A stretch of DNA of 60,433 bases, taken from Chiloscyllium plagiosum. Its lineage: Eukaryota. A program made the position numbers and the translations under genes. Position 1 is the first letter of the stretch; each line of letters opens with the position of its first letter. Shown piece by piece: positions 1-12,140 of the stretch. Where the stretch lies: NCBI RefSeq assembly GCF_004010195.1, contig NC_057758.1:8902014-8962446 (forward strand). Reading direction: 5' to 3'. Under the pieces are notes generated by a model, which saw only the letters and a list, made by a program, of their open reading frames with translations, had not been told where the DNA came from and searched no databases.

Positions 1-284
1 GATCATGTTCACCTCCACTTTCCTGCCTTCTCGCCCTCACCATTACTCGCTTTAATAATTTAAAAAAATGTTAGTGAACCAGCTTCCACAGCTTCCACAG
101 CCATCTCTGGCAAAGAAAGTTACAGAATCACTACACTCTAAAAATAAATGTTTCTGCATCGTTCTCTGCAATAGGTGAGACCTTTTCCTCAGATTTGGCC
201 CTCTTCTGTCGCCTCAGCCACACGGAGAAACAATGTATCCACCCCTATTCTGTCAAGTGCTCCAAGAATCGCATTTGTAACAAT

Positions 285-1435
285 AAGGAGCCGTCTCAGT
301 CTTCTACACACCGACTGGTCCAGTCCAACGCTATTCAAGCGATCCTGAATACAGAGTCCACACAGTCTTGGGACCAGCTCTGCACTTCATTCAATTCCAG
401 TGTCCGTGTAATGGGTATTTGATGGCTACGTTGCAGGATGCTGCTCTCTCCATAACAAGAAGAGAGGACAGCGGGAGTTGAAGTTACTGCCCTACAATCC
501 TGCCACTATGTGTAACTCAGCATAGTCAGACTGTAAGGCTCCGTGGTGAAGTATTGTGCATCAGTGAAGGTGGCATTCAAGACGAATATTGTACGGTTAT
601 TGGGATAGAAGGCATGAGAGATGGAGGCAGGAGATTGGAGCAAGGCAATTGAATCGTAACACAGTCGCCACTGGCTGATCGGCTTCGTTCTGTGCCACAA
701 CATGCTATCTTTCGGGCATCTCTTCTTCACCTTTGAACAGGTATTCACTTTGGCTGTGGCAAGGACAACGGCAGCTACAGACTGAGCGTGTGCACCGAGA
801 ATGCGGTTCAAACGAATGGCAAGTGTTTCTTGCTCTTGGAGTATGACAAGCCCTTGGCAGCTACTATTTGAACGGAGTGAAAAGCCTGAAGCTCTGCTTG
901 ACACTAAATGCGGTCTCTCCGCGATTGTGTCGCTGTCAAAGAACAATGCATAGAATCACAGAATCCCGACAGTCTGGAAAAAGGCCTTTGGCCAACAAGT
1001 CTGTGCCAACCAGCGGAAGAGTAACCAACACAGAGCCATTCACTTCCCCTCTTCCTCTTCATTTACTCCTGACTAATGCAAGTAACCTACACACTCTGCA
1101 CACTATAGCCAAATTATCATTTTCAATTAAACTGAACTGAAGAGCTTTGCATATTGGGAGGAAATCGAAGCAGCCGGCGGAAATCCACACAGACATGAGA
1201 GAAAATGGCACGCTCCACAAAGCTAATCACCCGAGACTAGGATCGAACCCGAGTCTCTGCTAATGTGAGGCAGATGTGCTTAGGATTGACCCACTGTGCA
1301 GACCCATAAGCAGCCTGTTCACTGCTTCCTGCATTGTTGTGAATAAAACTCATTGCATTCATAAACACTTCTGAACTGCGTTCGTTTCTCATTGGAGAGT
1401 GTAATAGAAACACACAGAAATATCAGATGCTCTAA
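285..1435 (+). pseudogene. Candidate TIR-STING-like (TMEM173-domain) pseudogene, copy A; two exons, frameshifted, SINE-interrupted
   Basis: Manual translation: KEPSQSSTHRLV..ILNTESTQSWDQLCTSF (TIR-like end), then DGYV (421-432) and ILPLC in the adjacent frame (497-511). GT at 533 and AG at 739-740 join in phase as D|CIHF. Then SYRLSV, LLEYDKPL (833-856), frameshift, LNGV..LCRCQRTM (to 948), SINE 949-1307, KQPVHCFLHCCE, frameshift, IKLIAFINTSELRSFLIGECNR, stop at 1433-1435. Order and spacing match STING GYL..ILLPL..NIRF..VYSNS..VLEYATPL..LFCRTL..CRLIAY (recalled). Confidence 0.55.
949..1307 (-). mobile_element. HE1/V-SINE-like tRNA-derived SINE (mirror copy ~23856-24168 +)
   Basis: Reverse complement resembles the SINE at 32307, with a B-box-like gggttcgatcc and a CR1-like ttctatg tail. 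Confidence 0.8.
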
Positions 1436-1957
1436 AATCTACGGTATTCGGATTAATAGAGGATGTCCTTCTGGTCCTGCATTCTCAGCAACAGGAAAAA
1501 TTACCTCTCCATATTTACACTGTCAAGTCCTCTAAGAATGTTCTATGCACCATTAATGCCTCATTGCGTTCTTCGGAGCTTCAATGAGTACCGGATCAAC
1601 ACTTTTTAAAACTCTCCTTATAAGACAGTAATTCTATACCCGGGATCAAACCCGTCCCCTTCATACTGTCAACAGCAAGCTTTATCTTCAAAGATTGCAT
1701 AACGTTCAATGCCATTTGCAACTCTTCAGTTGCTGAGGCAGGCCATTTTCAAATGAAAAATTTCTGAACAATATCCAAACTTGTATTGTCAAGTGGCAAT
1801 TAACATGCACACAACGCAAAAGGTTGGCTAATGCGATCGCCAACAGTAGATATCTAACCACAGCCTCTAGAAATTAAAATGTAAAACAATCACAGAGTCA
1901 CTCACCGTTAAAGTCCTTGGGATTACCAATGACCTGCAAATGAGGTGGACTTGCCAC

Positions 1958-2172
1958 ATAAGGACAGTGTCAAATGGAGGCGAGGAACAGTGTAACAAGC
2001 AACTAACCTCCTGACTCATAAATCTCTACAGTGCGGAGTCAGGCTCTTTGGCTCAAAGTGGCCCATATAAGGACAGTGTCAAATGGAGGCGAGGAATAGT
2101 GTAACAAGCAACTAACCTGACTCATAAATCTCTACAGTGCGGAGTCAGGCTCTTTGGCTCAAAGTGTCCCAT
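1958..2172. repeat. ~108-bp tandem duplication present only in the left arm
   Basis: ataaggacagtgtcaaatggaggcgagg...ggctctttggctcaaagtg occurs twice; the right arm (~23110-23220) has one copy. Confidence 0.9.
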
Positions 2173-3789
2173 ACTGACCAAAATGTTCAGTTACACTGAC
2201 TCCATTTCCCTGCACCTGGTGCATATCCTTCCAATTGTTTCCTATTTGGACACTTGTCCAAATATCTTCTAAATGGTGTTAATGCGCACTTCGCAGATAT
2301 TTCCACTGGCAGCTCATTCCACATACGTACTTGCCTTCCTATAAACGAGTTGGACCTCAGGTTCCCTTCATTCTGTCCCCTGCACCATTACACTGATGCC
2401 CACTAGTCCTTGATTCCTTGAACCTCGTAAAAAATACTGACTGTGTTCACCCTATCCATGCATCTCACGTTTCACACTCTTCACTGAGATCCGCCCTCAG
2501 TCTCCTGTGCTCTAAAGAAAATAATCCCGGCTTGCCTAGCACTCCACTACCTTTTCAAGTTTGCACCCACGGATGAGCGATAAATGCTTGCCATCGTGCA
2601 GTGCCCAAAACCCATGAATGACATGAAGCTGTAATCTACCCTTCTAGAGAATGAATTTCATTTTCCCCTTTACAAATTTCCCCTCCCTAGGGGGAATACT
2701 TGTTTCCATCGGATTCCCTCTCATCCTCCGTCTATCAAGTTGAAATTTATACTGCCTTGTTATTGAATATTCGACTAAGGATAGCACATGCTTGCAATCC
2801 ACACTGCCCATGTTCATCATAATCTTATTGCAGTCAAATTTCAAGATGATTCACTCGACATCCAAAGTTTCATTTTCAGCTTCGACAATTGCATTTAAAC
2901 TGGTTAGAGAAACCCTCTGAAAATCAACACAACACTTCACCAAACAAAGGAAAACATGTATTTTATGTAACTCTGTCAGACAGTCTTCAGCATTTACACA
3001 CCAACCAAATTGAAAATTAATTCCATTCATTTCTAAATTAAGCTCAGCTGATGACTGTACAGCAAGGAATGGACAGGCTTATGAGCAACTCCCAGTCATT
3101 GATGGCTTCATGATGTTTAACAGACCCATTAATTTTCCTTCTTGAGGGTTTTTATAAAGCAGAATGGATTCAAGTGTAATTCTTCTTGTTCCTAGGATGC
3201 TGCCTGAGCTATTGTGCTTTTGCAGCTCCACTCTATTCTGGACTCTGGTTCCCAGCATCTGCAGTTCTCACTTTTAACAGTTTATTCATAAATATTTGCC
3301 AGCTGCAATCTGTTAAACGTTAATCAGTTAGACATTTATCTGTCACTTACGCACCTTGTTAATTCATTGCCCATGTCAAAATACAAAGTAAATTGAGTTT
3401 AACTTATTGTTGCAATATCAGTACCAAGAAAGTTATGAGGTGAGCCACAATATTAGAATTCTTCAGCTGACGAAATCTGAGCATGTTTTTTTTTTCTTTA
3501 TCATATTCAGTGGGCACCCTTATCGTTATCCCGAGGTGTCTTAAGATCTCTTCATTTTTCGTGCACTCCTATGCCTGCCAGTCTCTGTGCCGATGTCTCA
3601 GTTCTATCTGCCATGATAGTGGGGCATATTTTAAATGGCTGAGACTGGTGTGTTCTGAATTTTATTTTTGGAATCTGCTTCTGTAATGCTTTTAGTGATA
3701 TTTTTCGGACATAATTGTATGTGTAACTACTTCAGATTCACTATCTACCACTGTCATAACTGTAGGTATGTTCGCAAAACGGAAAGTTG

Positions 3790-4810
3790 ATTTGCAGTCG
3801 TCTTTTTCCCCTGTCCAATGACATCTTCAGTACTTAGGAGCCTTCCACAAAGTGCTACTTTACTTGGTTCCGTTTCTTTGCTTCCGGTTGCTGGTTGAAG
3901 TAGTTCATTGTCATTGCCGGTTTATTGGATTTGGGACTATGTGCTTGCTGATGTAGTCCGTGGTTGAATACCATTCTTCTATGAATTCCCTGGCTGTCCC
4001 CTGTGTAGCTTGTCATATTATAATTATGTTGTCCCACTCGAAATTTTGTTCCTGTCATCTGTGTGCGTGGCTACTCGGAATTGCTGGACGTGGCTTATAT
4101 TAGCGAGTTTTTGTTCATGGCGGTGGACTGCTAGCTATCTGCCTGTTGTCCTCTACATTGTTGCGTGCAGCTTTTCCATGGGATCTTGTCAATTGTATTT
4201 CTCTTGCACATGATGGGTATACATCATTTTGTTCGCATGAGTCTTTGTCTGAATGTGCTTCTCGGTTTGTGGGCATCATGAATCCCAGTGCTCAGAGAAG
4301 TTTGTGAAAGCTAAATATGTAAAACTTTTCAGACGAGTTAGTGAACTCGTGGCATGTCCTCTTCACGTTGTTTGCTTGTTGGGTATCTGCAGATGAAATT
4401 GCCGGGATATCTGTTCTTGGCAAAAAGTCTGTAGAGTTGTTCTTCATCTTCCTTTTTTTACGTCGAGAGTTCTGCTATGTGTAGTAGGTCGTTTGCAGTG
4501 CCTCTTGTGTGTGTTCCGTTCTTTGCTTTTGTCATTCAGGATCTAGTTGATGATTGTGGCTTTCCTGTACACGTTTGCATTGCTATCAACGTTTTGTAAC
4601 GCTTCTGCGATCATATCTAATAGGGCGTTATTGTTTCTTCCCCTTTTCTCGTAAATCTAAACCCTATGAGCATGGTGTCAATAATTCAGCGTGTGTTCTC
4701 GATTTCTGTTCTCATTATGATAGAAGCATCGTCCACGTATAAGATCGGGAGTTTGGGCTGGATGTGTATGAGTTTCTGCTCCTGTCATTGCAATACTGTT
4801 TCTTTTATAA
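3790..4810 (-). mobile_element. Penelope-like element 3' fragment (mirror ~20456-21515 +)
   Basis: The mirror copy translates as IRYVDDA (RT motif), NVYRKSTI and EEHLYRLFAKNRYP. It ends in a CTGAAG..ACGTCTG terminal motif. Confidence 0.85.
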
Positions 4811-4829
4811 ACCCAGAGATAATTGAACC

Positions 4830-7280
4830 CAGAGATGCTCCAGAGATCTGTTCATGTGTTCGGTTTTTGAATGTGTCATCAAGCATACGTCTCGCACTTT
4901 GACTATGCAGTCCTCGTTTTCCTGCCAGGGCAACACTCAGACAAAACGGTCTCAAGATTAACCACGTTATGATAACGGGCGTCCAAAACAAACCATGCAG
5001 GTACAGACAATTCACTGCATGCCAATAATTCCGATTTTGAAAAACAATCAATCGGAAGTGGACCATGACAGTCAAATAGGTCATCATCAGAGGACAAAAT
5101 CGAGCTTCACGCAGAAAGAGAACGGCACTACCAGAAAAAAATGTTGAAGCTAACCAACAGCAGGGAAGACAACACGACAAACACTTGGCGAAGGAACCAC
5201 TCGAACAGACAGGTTACATACACAGGAAACATCCATACTAGTCAAGGGGCTCAACCACAACTACAGGAAGATAAATAGAACATCCTTTCTAGGTGCACAA
5301 GTATACATATTCAGAACTAACAGACGAACCGAAAAGAAACAGCAAACAGTTGGATAAACTATTATACCCTGACGAAAAAGGAAAAGATGAATGAACAGCG
5401 GCAACATCACATAGAGAGAAGCCCTAAAAATACTCAAAATTAACAAGGACAGAAACATAGCACCAGCAGACAAGGGCAGAATGACGGTTATTTTGGAAAA
5501 GGCCGAACATATTCAAAAAGCAGAGGAACTACTTGCTGCTAGGACCATCTACCTACAGAACCAGTGTGACCCCACGCTTCTGCAAAGCAATGAAATTAAC
5601 AACATTCGACAGGACCTCCAATAAATGGACAAATAATCAGTACTGACTTCTAAGGATGAAACCAAGAAGCAACAACACCACAATATTTTACGGAGTATCA
5701 AAAGTACACAAACCAGACATACCATTTCGATATATTTTGGCACTGACTGGAACTCCATTGTGCAACCTGGCTAAAGAACTTGAACAAAACCTAAAACATG
5801 TCATCTGCGGATCCAAGCAATCCATAGAATCATGACAGGGATTCCGGTATAACATCAAGAACGTAATGATAGGCAAGGACGAAGCAATAGTCTTATTTGA
5901 CATAATGGCACTGTTCACTTTAATTGACAAAGCTCAAACCAGAGACGCAATGGCCAATCTCCAGGATTTTCAGAACGGACAAAATTATGGGGACTCTATC
6001 AACAAGGATGGCATACTTAAATTACTAGCCCTGTGATTGACGACACACTCCACATTCAACAACCACATGCATGAACAAGGCGAAAGGGATGACTGCAGAT
6101 GCTGGAGATTATAGTCGAGTGTGTCGGGCTGGAAAAGCAAAGCAGGTCCAGCAGTACCCAAAATGAAGGAAAATTGACGCTTCGTACAAACACCCTTAAT
6201 CTTTCCCAATGATGGCCTTTTGCCTGAATCATCGATTTCCTGCTCGTCAGATGCTGTCTACCCTGCTGTGCCTTTCCGGCATCACTCTCTCGACCCATAT
6301 GTAATAATAGATCAAGGGAATATCCTACAGGCGCACCCACCTCTGGGCTCATAGCAGAAGCAGTGATTCAAAGACTGGAACAAACAAACTTCCCACAAAA
6401 GCAACCCAAGCTCTGGTCAGATATGTGAACAACACTTCTGTTCTCATTAAAACAAAAGAAATTGCGAACGCACGCCAACTTATCAACACCATGGTCACAG
6501 AATCAGGTTTCCGATTGCGGAGGAGGCCAACAATCAACTCCCATTTCGAAATGTTGTACTTGAAAGAACACAAAACGGTGAATTCACCACACAAGGGTAT
6601 AGCAAAGCCACGCTCAGCGACCAGGCCCTGGAATCCAACAGCAACAACATCAACACAGAGAATAGAAGTTGCATGGGGACACTGCTCAAAAGGGCTGCAT
6701 CACACTGCAGCACTCCCAACCGACGAAGGGAAGATGAAGAACACCTCCACAGAGTATTCACCAAAAGCGGATAACACACAACTATATTCGCAGATGTCTA
6801 ACAGACAACACGACAAAGACATGCCACAACCTAAATCAGTAGCTACTCGACCTCACATATAAATAAAACTTCAGAACTGATAATTAGATTTTGCCGACTA
6901 CTGGGATTCATGACAGCCCAGACACTGACATCCACGCTCAACCAACAACTCTCCAGGAGAAAAGAATCTAAACCCACGTTGTGCAAAACAAACGTAATTT
7001 ACAATATGATATACGAAGACTGCAAACATCCGATGAAGGACAATCAGGCAGACAATTAGCAATCTGCATCCACGAACACCAAGTGGTCAGTAAAAGCCAG
7101 ATGTCCCAGATAGCCAATCACACAGGGGACAAGGATCACAAATTCGATTGGGACAACTCAACAGTTATAGGAGATGAAGAACAGAGGGATGTGGCATACT
7201 TTCGAAAAGCATGTCACTCATCCACGGACTCCATCACCAAACATAGACCTGAACCCAATCCATGGGTCACTACAAGGAAC
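4830..7280 (+). mobile_element. Decayed Penelope-like retroelement, RT + GIY-YIG (mirror ~17960-20440 -)
   Basis: IAPADKGRMTVI (~5458), KVHKPDIPF (~5701), VLFDIMALFT (~5890), GYPTGAPTSGLIAEAV (~6317) and GIY-YIG-type QSGRQLAICIHEH (~7041). A short hairpin element is inserted at ~6085-6295. Confidence 0.9.
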
Positions 7281-8832
7281 NNNTGAATTGTGCTTATATA
7301 TATCTTTTGGCAAATTAACAGCAGTTGCTCATTCTGTCGAAGTTCTGTTTTCTTGTGTTAACAGAGCTACAAACGTTCTAACATGCGCAGGTAAAATGAA
7401 GCAAATATCTTCCAAAGCTCCTTATCTACTGTTGTGCTGCAAACGTCATGACATCCGTTGATTATATTGTGCTATTCAGTCAAGGACAATTTTTCCAGAA
7501 AATCTTGAAAAATGAAGACAGCATGGTGAGAGAGCAGTGTTTCATTATGATTCTGTATTTGCAGAGTCCAGCAAAATGTTTTGAAGCGGTGTTTGGTGAT
7601 TTCAAGAAATTCTCTGTTCTGAAAACTTTGATTATATTTGATAATGGTATATTTGGATCACAGATGAGATTTTCTTTCCTTCAGTGTTTGAAAAGTCAGA
7701 GGAATTATAGGCAACTTTGGAGTTACGGGCAGTTTATCCTGAGATTTTTTTCTGTCTCTCTGGTAACAAATGCACAAAGCCACATGCGGAAACAGAAGGA
7801 AAAAATCAACGAATAATATTAAAGCAGTTGATGTTCAGTGATCAGAAACTATGTTTGATGCCAAATAACAATTTGCGAAATTGAATCTTGTTCATTTGAG
7901 TCTGAAAGACTATTGAATGTAGCATTATCTTTCTGACAAAGCTGATTACATTTGATTAGGTAAGTCCAGCTGAGGAATTAAAATGACAATTCAATACAAC
8001 CGATTTTATACGCAGCAATTAGTCCATTTCCGTAAAGAACAATGCCATGCATGCTTCAGAATGAGCAATGGAGAATTTGTTTTTAAATCAAATGTACCTG
8101 CATACTTCAAGCTATTTGAATCAAAACGCGTCACCAACAGAACATTTTGAATTTTTGTCGGGTATGGGAGGGTTGGGGGCAATAATTGATGTCATGAAAT
8201 TCTTGATTTAGTAACTTTGTGCAAATATTATTTGCTTCACGTCAGCGGGATTGTTTCGAAAGGTACGCTTTCATAATTTTGGGAATTCACAAGAAATGTC
8301 CTGCAAAGCTTGAACTCTGACTGAAACATTTTCTGTTGCTCAGCAACCTCGACGAATATCAGTAATTCTGGTCTAGTATTGGAGATTGAAGCGCGTTCTG
8401 TGAAAGCAACGGTGAGAGTTGGCAATAGAGTATTAAACAGATATACCACTTTTGAACGTTTTCAGTTTCAACACAAATTAAAACAAAGAACAAGTGACTC
8501 CACAGTAGACTTGCCAAATACCCGACTGTACCCCAATTCCCCAAGTGCATCCTCGAACCTTCGAGTCTTTGATGTGTTTACCATCTCGAAAGACAGAATC
8601 AACCCGACCATTGATTATCACCTCTTGCTAATCTGCAGATACTTCAGAAATCGGAAGACTGATGCATTTTGATGAATTGAAAACTTTGTCATTTCAAAAT
8701 AAAACTAAATTTGTCCCAATCTGACCGCTCGCTGCCTGACATATTCCCGAACCCTCCAAATATTTCTTTGAAAAATGTTGATATTTAAACCATTTCCTCG
8801 ATTTCAAACCTACGAAAATAATGTGAAACATT

Positions 8833-9197
8833 AATTGTGGCTCTTGAGCAAATGGTCCTCGGCAATATAAATTGCCAATGCATTCTGAGAGAAGATAAAG
8901 TAATAAATATTGTGACACGACCATGCTCAAAAAAATGACACATAGGACACATTGTAAACAGACGTGGTCACACCTGAGACAGTAAATTTAAGGTAGGTAA
9001 AAACAATGTCTGCAGATGCTGAATTGTGGCTCTTGACCAAATGGTCCTCGGCAATATAAATTGCCAATGCATTCTGAGAGAAGATAAAGTAATAAATATT
9101 GTGACACGACCATGCTTAAAAAAATGACACATTGTACACATTGTAAACCGACGTGGTCACACCTGAGACAGTAAATGTAAGGTAGGTAAAAACAATG
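8833..9197. repeat. ~176-bp direct repeat pair (8833-9008, 9022-9197)
   Basis: aattgtggctcttga...ggtaggtaaaaacaatg occurs twice, separated by tctgcagatgctg. Duplicated peptide in ORFs 8694-8930 and 8988-9356. Confidence 0.92.
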
Positions 9198-9199
9198 AC

Positions 9200-9765
9200 G
9201 TGGAAAAGAAGATAGGCAGGGAGGACAAGTCATGGGGAGAGTGCTGAGCTGGAAGTTTGGAACTGGGGTGAGGTGGGGGAAGGGGAAATAAGGAAACTGT
9301 TGAAGTCCACATTGATGCCCTGGGGTTGAAGTGTTCCGAGGCGGAAGATGAGGCATTTTTCCTCCAGGCCTCTGGTGGTGAGGGAGCTGCGGTGAAGGAG
9401 GCCCAGGACCTCCATGTCCTCGGCAGAGTGGGAGAGGAGTTGAAATGTTGGGCCACAGAGTGGTGTGGTTTACTGGTGCGGGTGTCCCAGTGACGTTACC
9501 TAAAGCTCTCTGCTAGGAGGCGTCCAGTCTCCCCAGTGTAGAGGAGACCGCATCAGGAGCAACGGATACAATAAATCATATTGGTGAATGAGCAGGTAAA
9601 CCTTTGGTGGATGTGGAAGATTCCTTTAGGGCCTTGGATGGAGGTGAGGGAGTAGGTATGGGAGCAGGTTTTGCAATTCCTGCGGTGACAAGGGAGGGTG
9701 CCAGGATGGGAGGGTGGGTTGTAGGGGGGCGTGGACCTGACCAGGTAGTCACGGTGGGAACGGTC
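9200..9765 (-). mobile_element. Second (GC-richer) Penelope-like family, GIY-YIG end (mirror ~15443-16019 +)
   Basis: YCIRCS..GLL..GETGR, AQHFNS and EEKCLIFRLGTLQPQGINVDFNSF. Confidence 0.85.
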
Positions 9766-10179
9766 TTAAATTTAAGTGCATATGCAGGTAATTGACAAAG
9801 TGAACAAATCAAGGAAAGAGTGACAATGAGAGATCACAAAATATGGAATGCTGATGTTTGTGAAATCGAAACCATTTTCATTTAATGTTTTGATAAAGGT
9901 AAAGTGAATTAATTTCAATCTTATCAGTGGAATTCGAGCAGATTTGTTTTCATTCATATGTCAGTCGGACTGATGATTGATCTCTCAGGTGTGAAGTGAC
10001 AGAAGGATAGTTCTTAATTTGACAACTGTGTCACAGTAATTTCGTATTAAGGTTGATTTTAATTACATCATCGATTAATTGAGATGCCCTAAGGAAGGGC
10101 TCATGCACCAAACGTCGATTCTCCAGCTCCTCGGATGCGGCCTGACCTGCTGCGCTTTTCCAGCAACACATTTTCAGCT

Positions 10180-10990
10180 AACTGCGATGTACAGAACGGA
10201 AACATACCCCTAACTCCAAATCGTCCATGCCGTCCAAATATCCTAAACTAACCCCGTCACATTTGCTAGCACTTGGGCTATATCCATGTTATCCCTTTCT
10301 ATCCAAACGTCCATCAAGCTGTCTTTTAAATGTTTGAATTGTGCCAGCCGATAGCACTTCCTCATGCAGCTCGGTGCATACAAGCACTCCCCTTAAAAAA
10401 AAAGACCTTCAAGGCCCCTTTTAAATATTTACCTTCTCACAGTTCATGTATGTCCTGTTGTTCTGAACTCCCCCAGACCAGGGAAAATGCCTTAACTATT
10501 TACCCTATCAATGTTCCTCATGATTATTGAAACTCTATAAATCTCCCCTCAGCTCTCAAAGCTCCAGTGAAAGCAGCTCCCGCTTATCTGGTCTCTGCAT
10601 GCAGCTCAAACATTGAAATCCTGGCAAAACACCTGTAAATCTTCACTTAACTCTTCAGGTTTCACAACATTCTTACAGTAGGAGCGAGATCAGAAATGCA
10701 CGCAATTTTCGAAACCTGTCCGAACCAATGTCTTCTACAGATGAACCATGAGTTTCCAACTCCTGTCCTTGACGCTCTGAAAAATAATGTAAAGCCTGTC
10801 AAGCAATTTCTTCACTATCCTGTCAATTTGCGAGTCCAGTTTCAACGATTTATAAGCCTGCATACTGAGATTTTCTTTTCAGCAGCAACCCTCATGACCT
10901 AGCAATTAAATGTATTTGTTCTTGCACGACTTGGCGTTTCAAAACGCAGCACCTCACATTTATCAAAACTAAACTACAATTGCCATTTCC
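10180..10990 (-). mobile_element. CR1 LINE 3' fragment (mirror ~14235-15030 +)
   Basis: The mirror reads KWQLEF..DKCEV and L.KTLVR..., followed by a CR1-type 3' UTR. Confidence 0.8.
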
Positions 10991-11084
10991 CAGTCAATTA
11001 GGAAACCTCATCGCGATCCCGATGTACTCAGGTGTAATCTTCTTAACAACTGGTTTCAATTAATATTTTTTCCAATGTAACATA

Positions 11085-11445
11085 CTAACGTTAGTGCAGA
11101 ATTTGAATTAGTTCTCTGCGCAAAGCAAGTATTTAAGTTATTGGTAAATGGTATGTTGCAGCTGGCAAACATCTTGGAAAGAATACAACTGTCAGAGTCA
11201 TTTTAAGATTACAAAGCCATATCATACAGGTATCTGGTAGTTATCCGATTATGGGAGGAACTAAGGTTTTCCAAAGAATTTTCCATCACTGATTGCATGC
11301 TTATTCAAATGCATGCCTTGCAGATCAATAAATAATATGAGTTTACAGTAAAGCAGACGCAGTTTGTTTGAAAGCTTTCGGTAAGAGCATGCGACGGCAA
11401 TGGTGTTCAGAATAGTTTCACAGTAGTTAAATGTTACAGCGATCA
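11085..11445 (-). pseudogene. Possible decayed class-A GPCR TM1-TM3 remnant (mirror ~13780-14095 +)
   Basis: ILNTIAVACSYRKL..IDLQGM (N to D = 27 aa), then GKFFGK and KMTLTVVFFPRCL (D to R about 51 aa). Spacing resembles the N1.50/D2.50/R3.50 pattern, but there are many stops and frameshifts. Confidence 0.25.
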
Positions 11446-11640
11446 TCCGTACCGTGTTTTCATTTTCTTAGTAATGGATACGTAGTTATACATTCTGATG
11501 AGCCAAGAAGGTGCTGTCTTTTGATATAGTAAGAACCAATAATAGTTCTGCGTATCCTGAGTTGGTATTTTTGTTTTCTTGGTAACTGCCAAAAGCTTGT
11601 CTCGCCCACTACTGCAGTAAGGTTTATCGAGCCTTTCCTG

Positions 11641-12140
11641 NNNNNNNNNNNNNNNNNNNNNNNNNNNNNNNNNNNNNNNNNNNNNNNNNNNNNNNNNNNN
11701 NNNNNNNNNNNNNNNNNNNNNNNNNNNNNNNNNNNNNNNNNNNNNNNNNNNNNNNNNNNNNNNNNNNNNNNNNNNNNNNNNNNNNNNNNNNNNNNNNNNN
11801 NNNNNNNNNNNNNNNNNNNNNNNNNNNNNNNNNNNNNNNNNNNNNNNNNNNNNNNNNNNNNNNNNNNNNNNNNNNNNNNNNNNNNNNNNNNNNNNNNNNN
11901 NNNNNNNNNNNNNNNNNNNNNNNNNNNNNNNNNNNNNNNNNNNNNNNNNNNNNNNNNNNNNNNNNNNNNNNNNNNNNNNNNNNNNNNNNNNNNNNNNNNN
12001 NNNNNNNNNNNNNNNNNNNNNNNNNNNNNNNNNNNNNNNNNNNNNNNNNNNNNNNNNNNNNNNNNNNNNNNNNNNNNNNNNNNNNNNNNNNNNNNNNNNN
12101 NNNNNNNNNNNNNNNNNNNNNNNNNNNNNNNNNNNNNNNN
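11641..12140. other. Assembly gap (500 N); other gaps at 7281-7283, 16020-16996, 56620-57119 and 58772-58787
   Basis: Runs of N in the sequence. Confidence 1.

Larger units (their letters stand above)
1..11640 (+). repeat. Left arm of a large inverted segmental duplication (may extend beyond the window start and into the gap at 11641)
   Basis: Window start gatcatgttcacctccactttcctgcc is the reverse complement of 24880-24906. The inner end gtttatcgagcctttcctg (11622-11640) mirrors caggaaatgctcgataaac (~13593). The ORF track is mirrored: 195-422+/24497-24721-, 5688-5930-/19338-19580+, 10696-10902+/14165-14527-. Confidence 0.97.

Noticed and set aside
506..946. 146-aa minus-strand ORF
   Set aside because: No recognisable motifs, it is antisense to the STING-like exon, and half is deleted in the other arm.
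11085..11445. Specific Opn5-group opsin call for the GPCR-like remnant
   Set aside because: Some words are opsin-like (YRK, DL.GM, SSFHNR), but no TM7 lysine motif is visible and decay is too great.
11460..11640. Ig-V-like words NLTAVVGET and NYYWF..APSWLI
   Set aside because: They lie in different frames, and there are no canonical cysteines or DxxxYxC motif.
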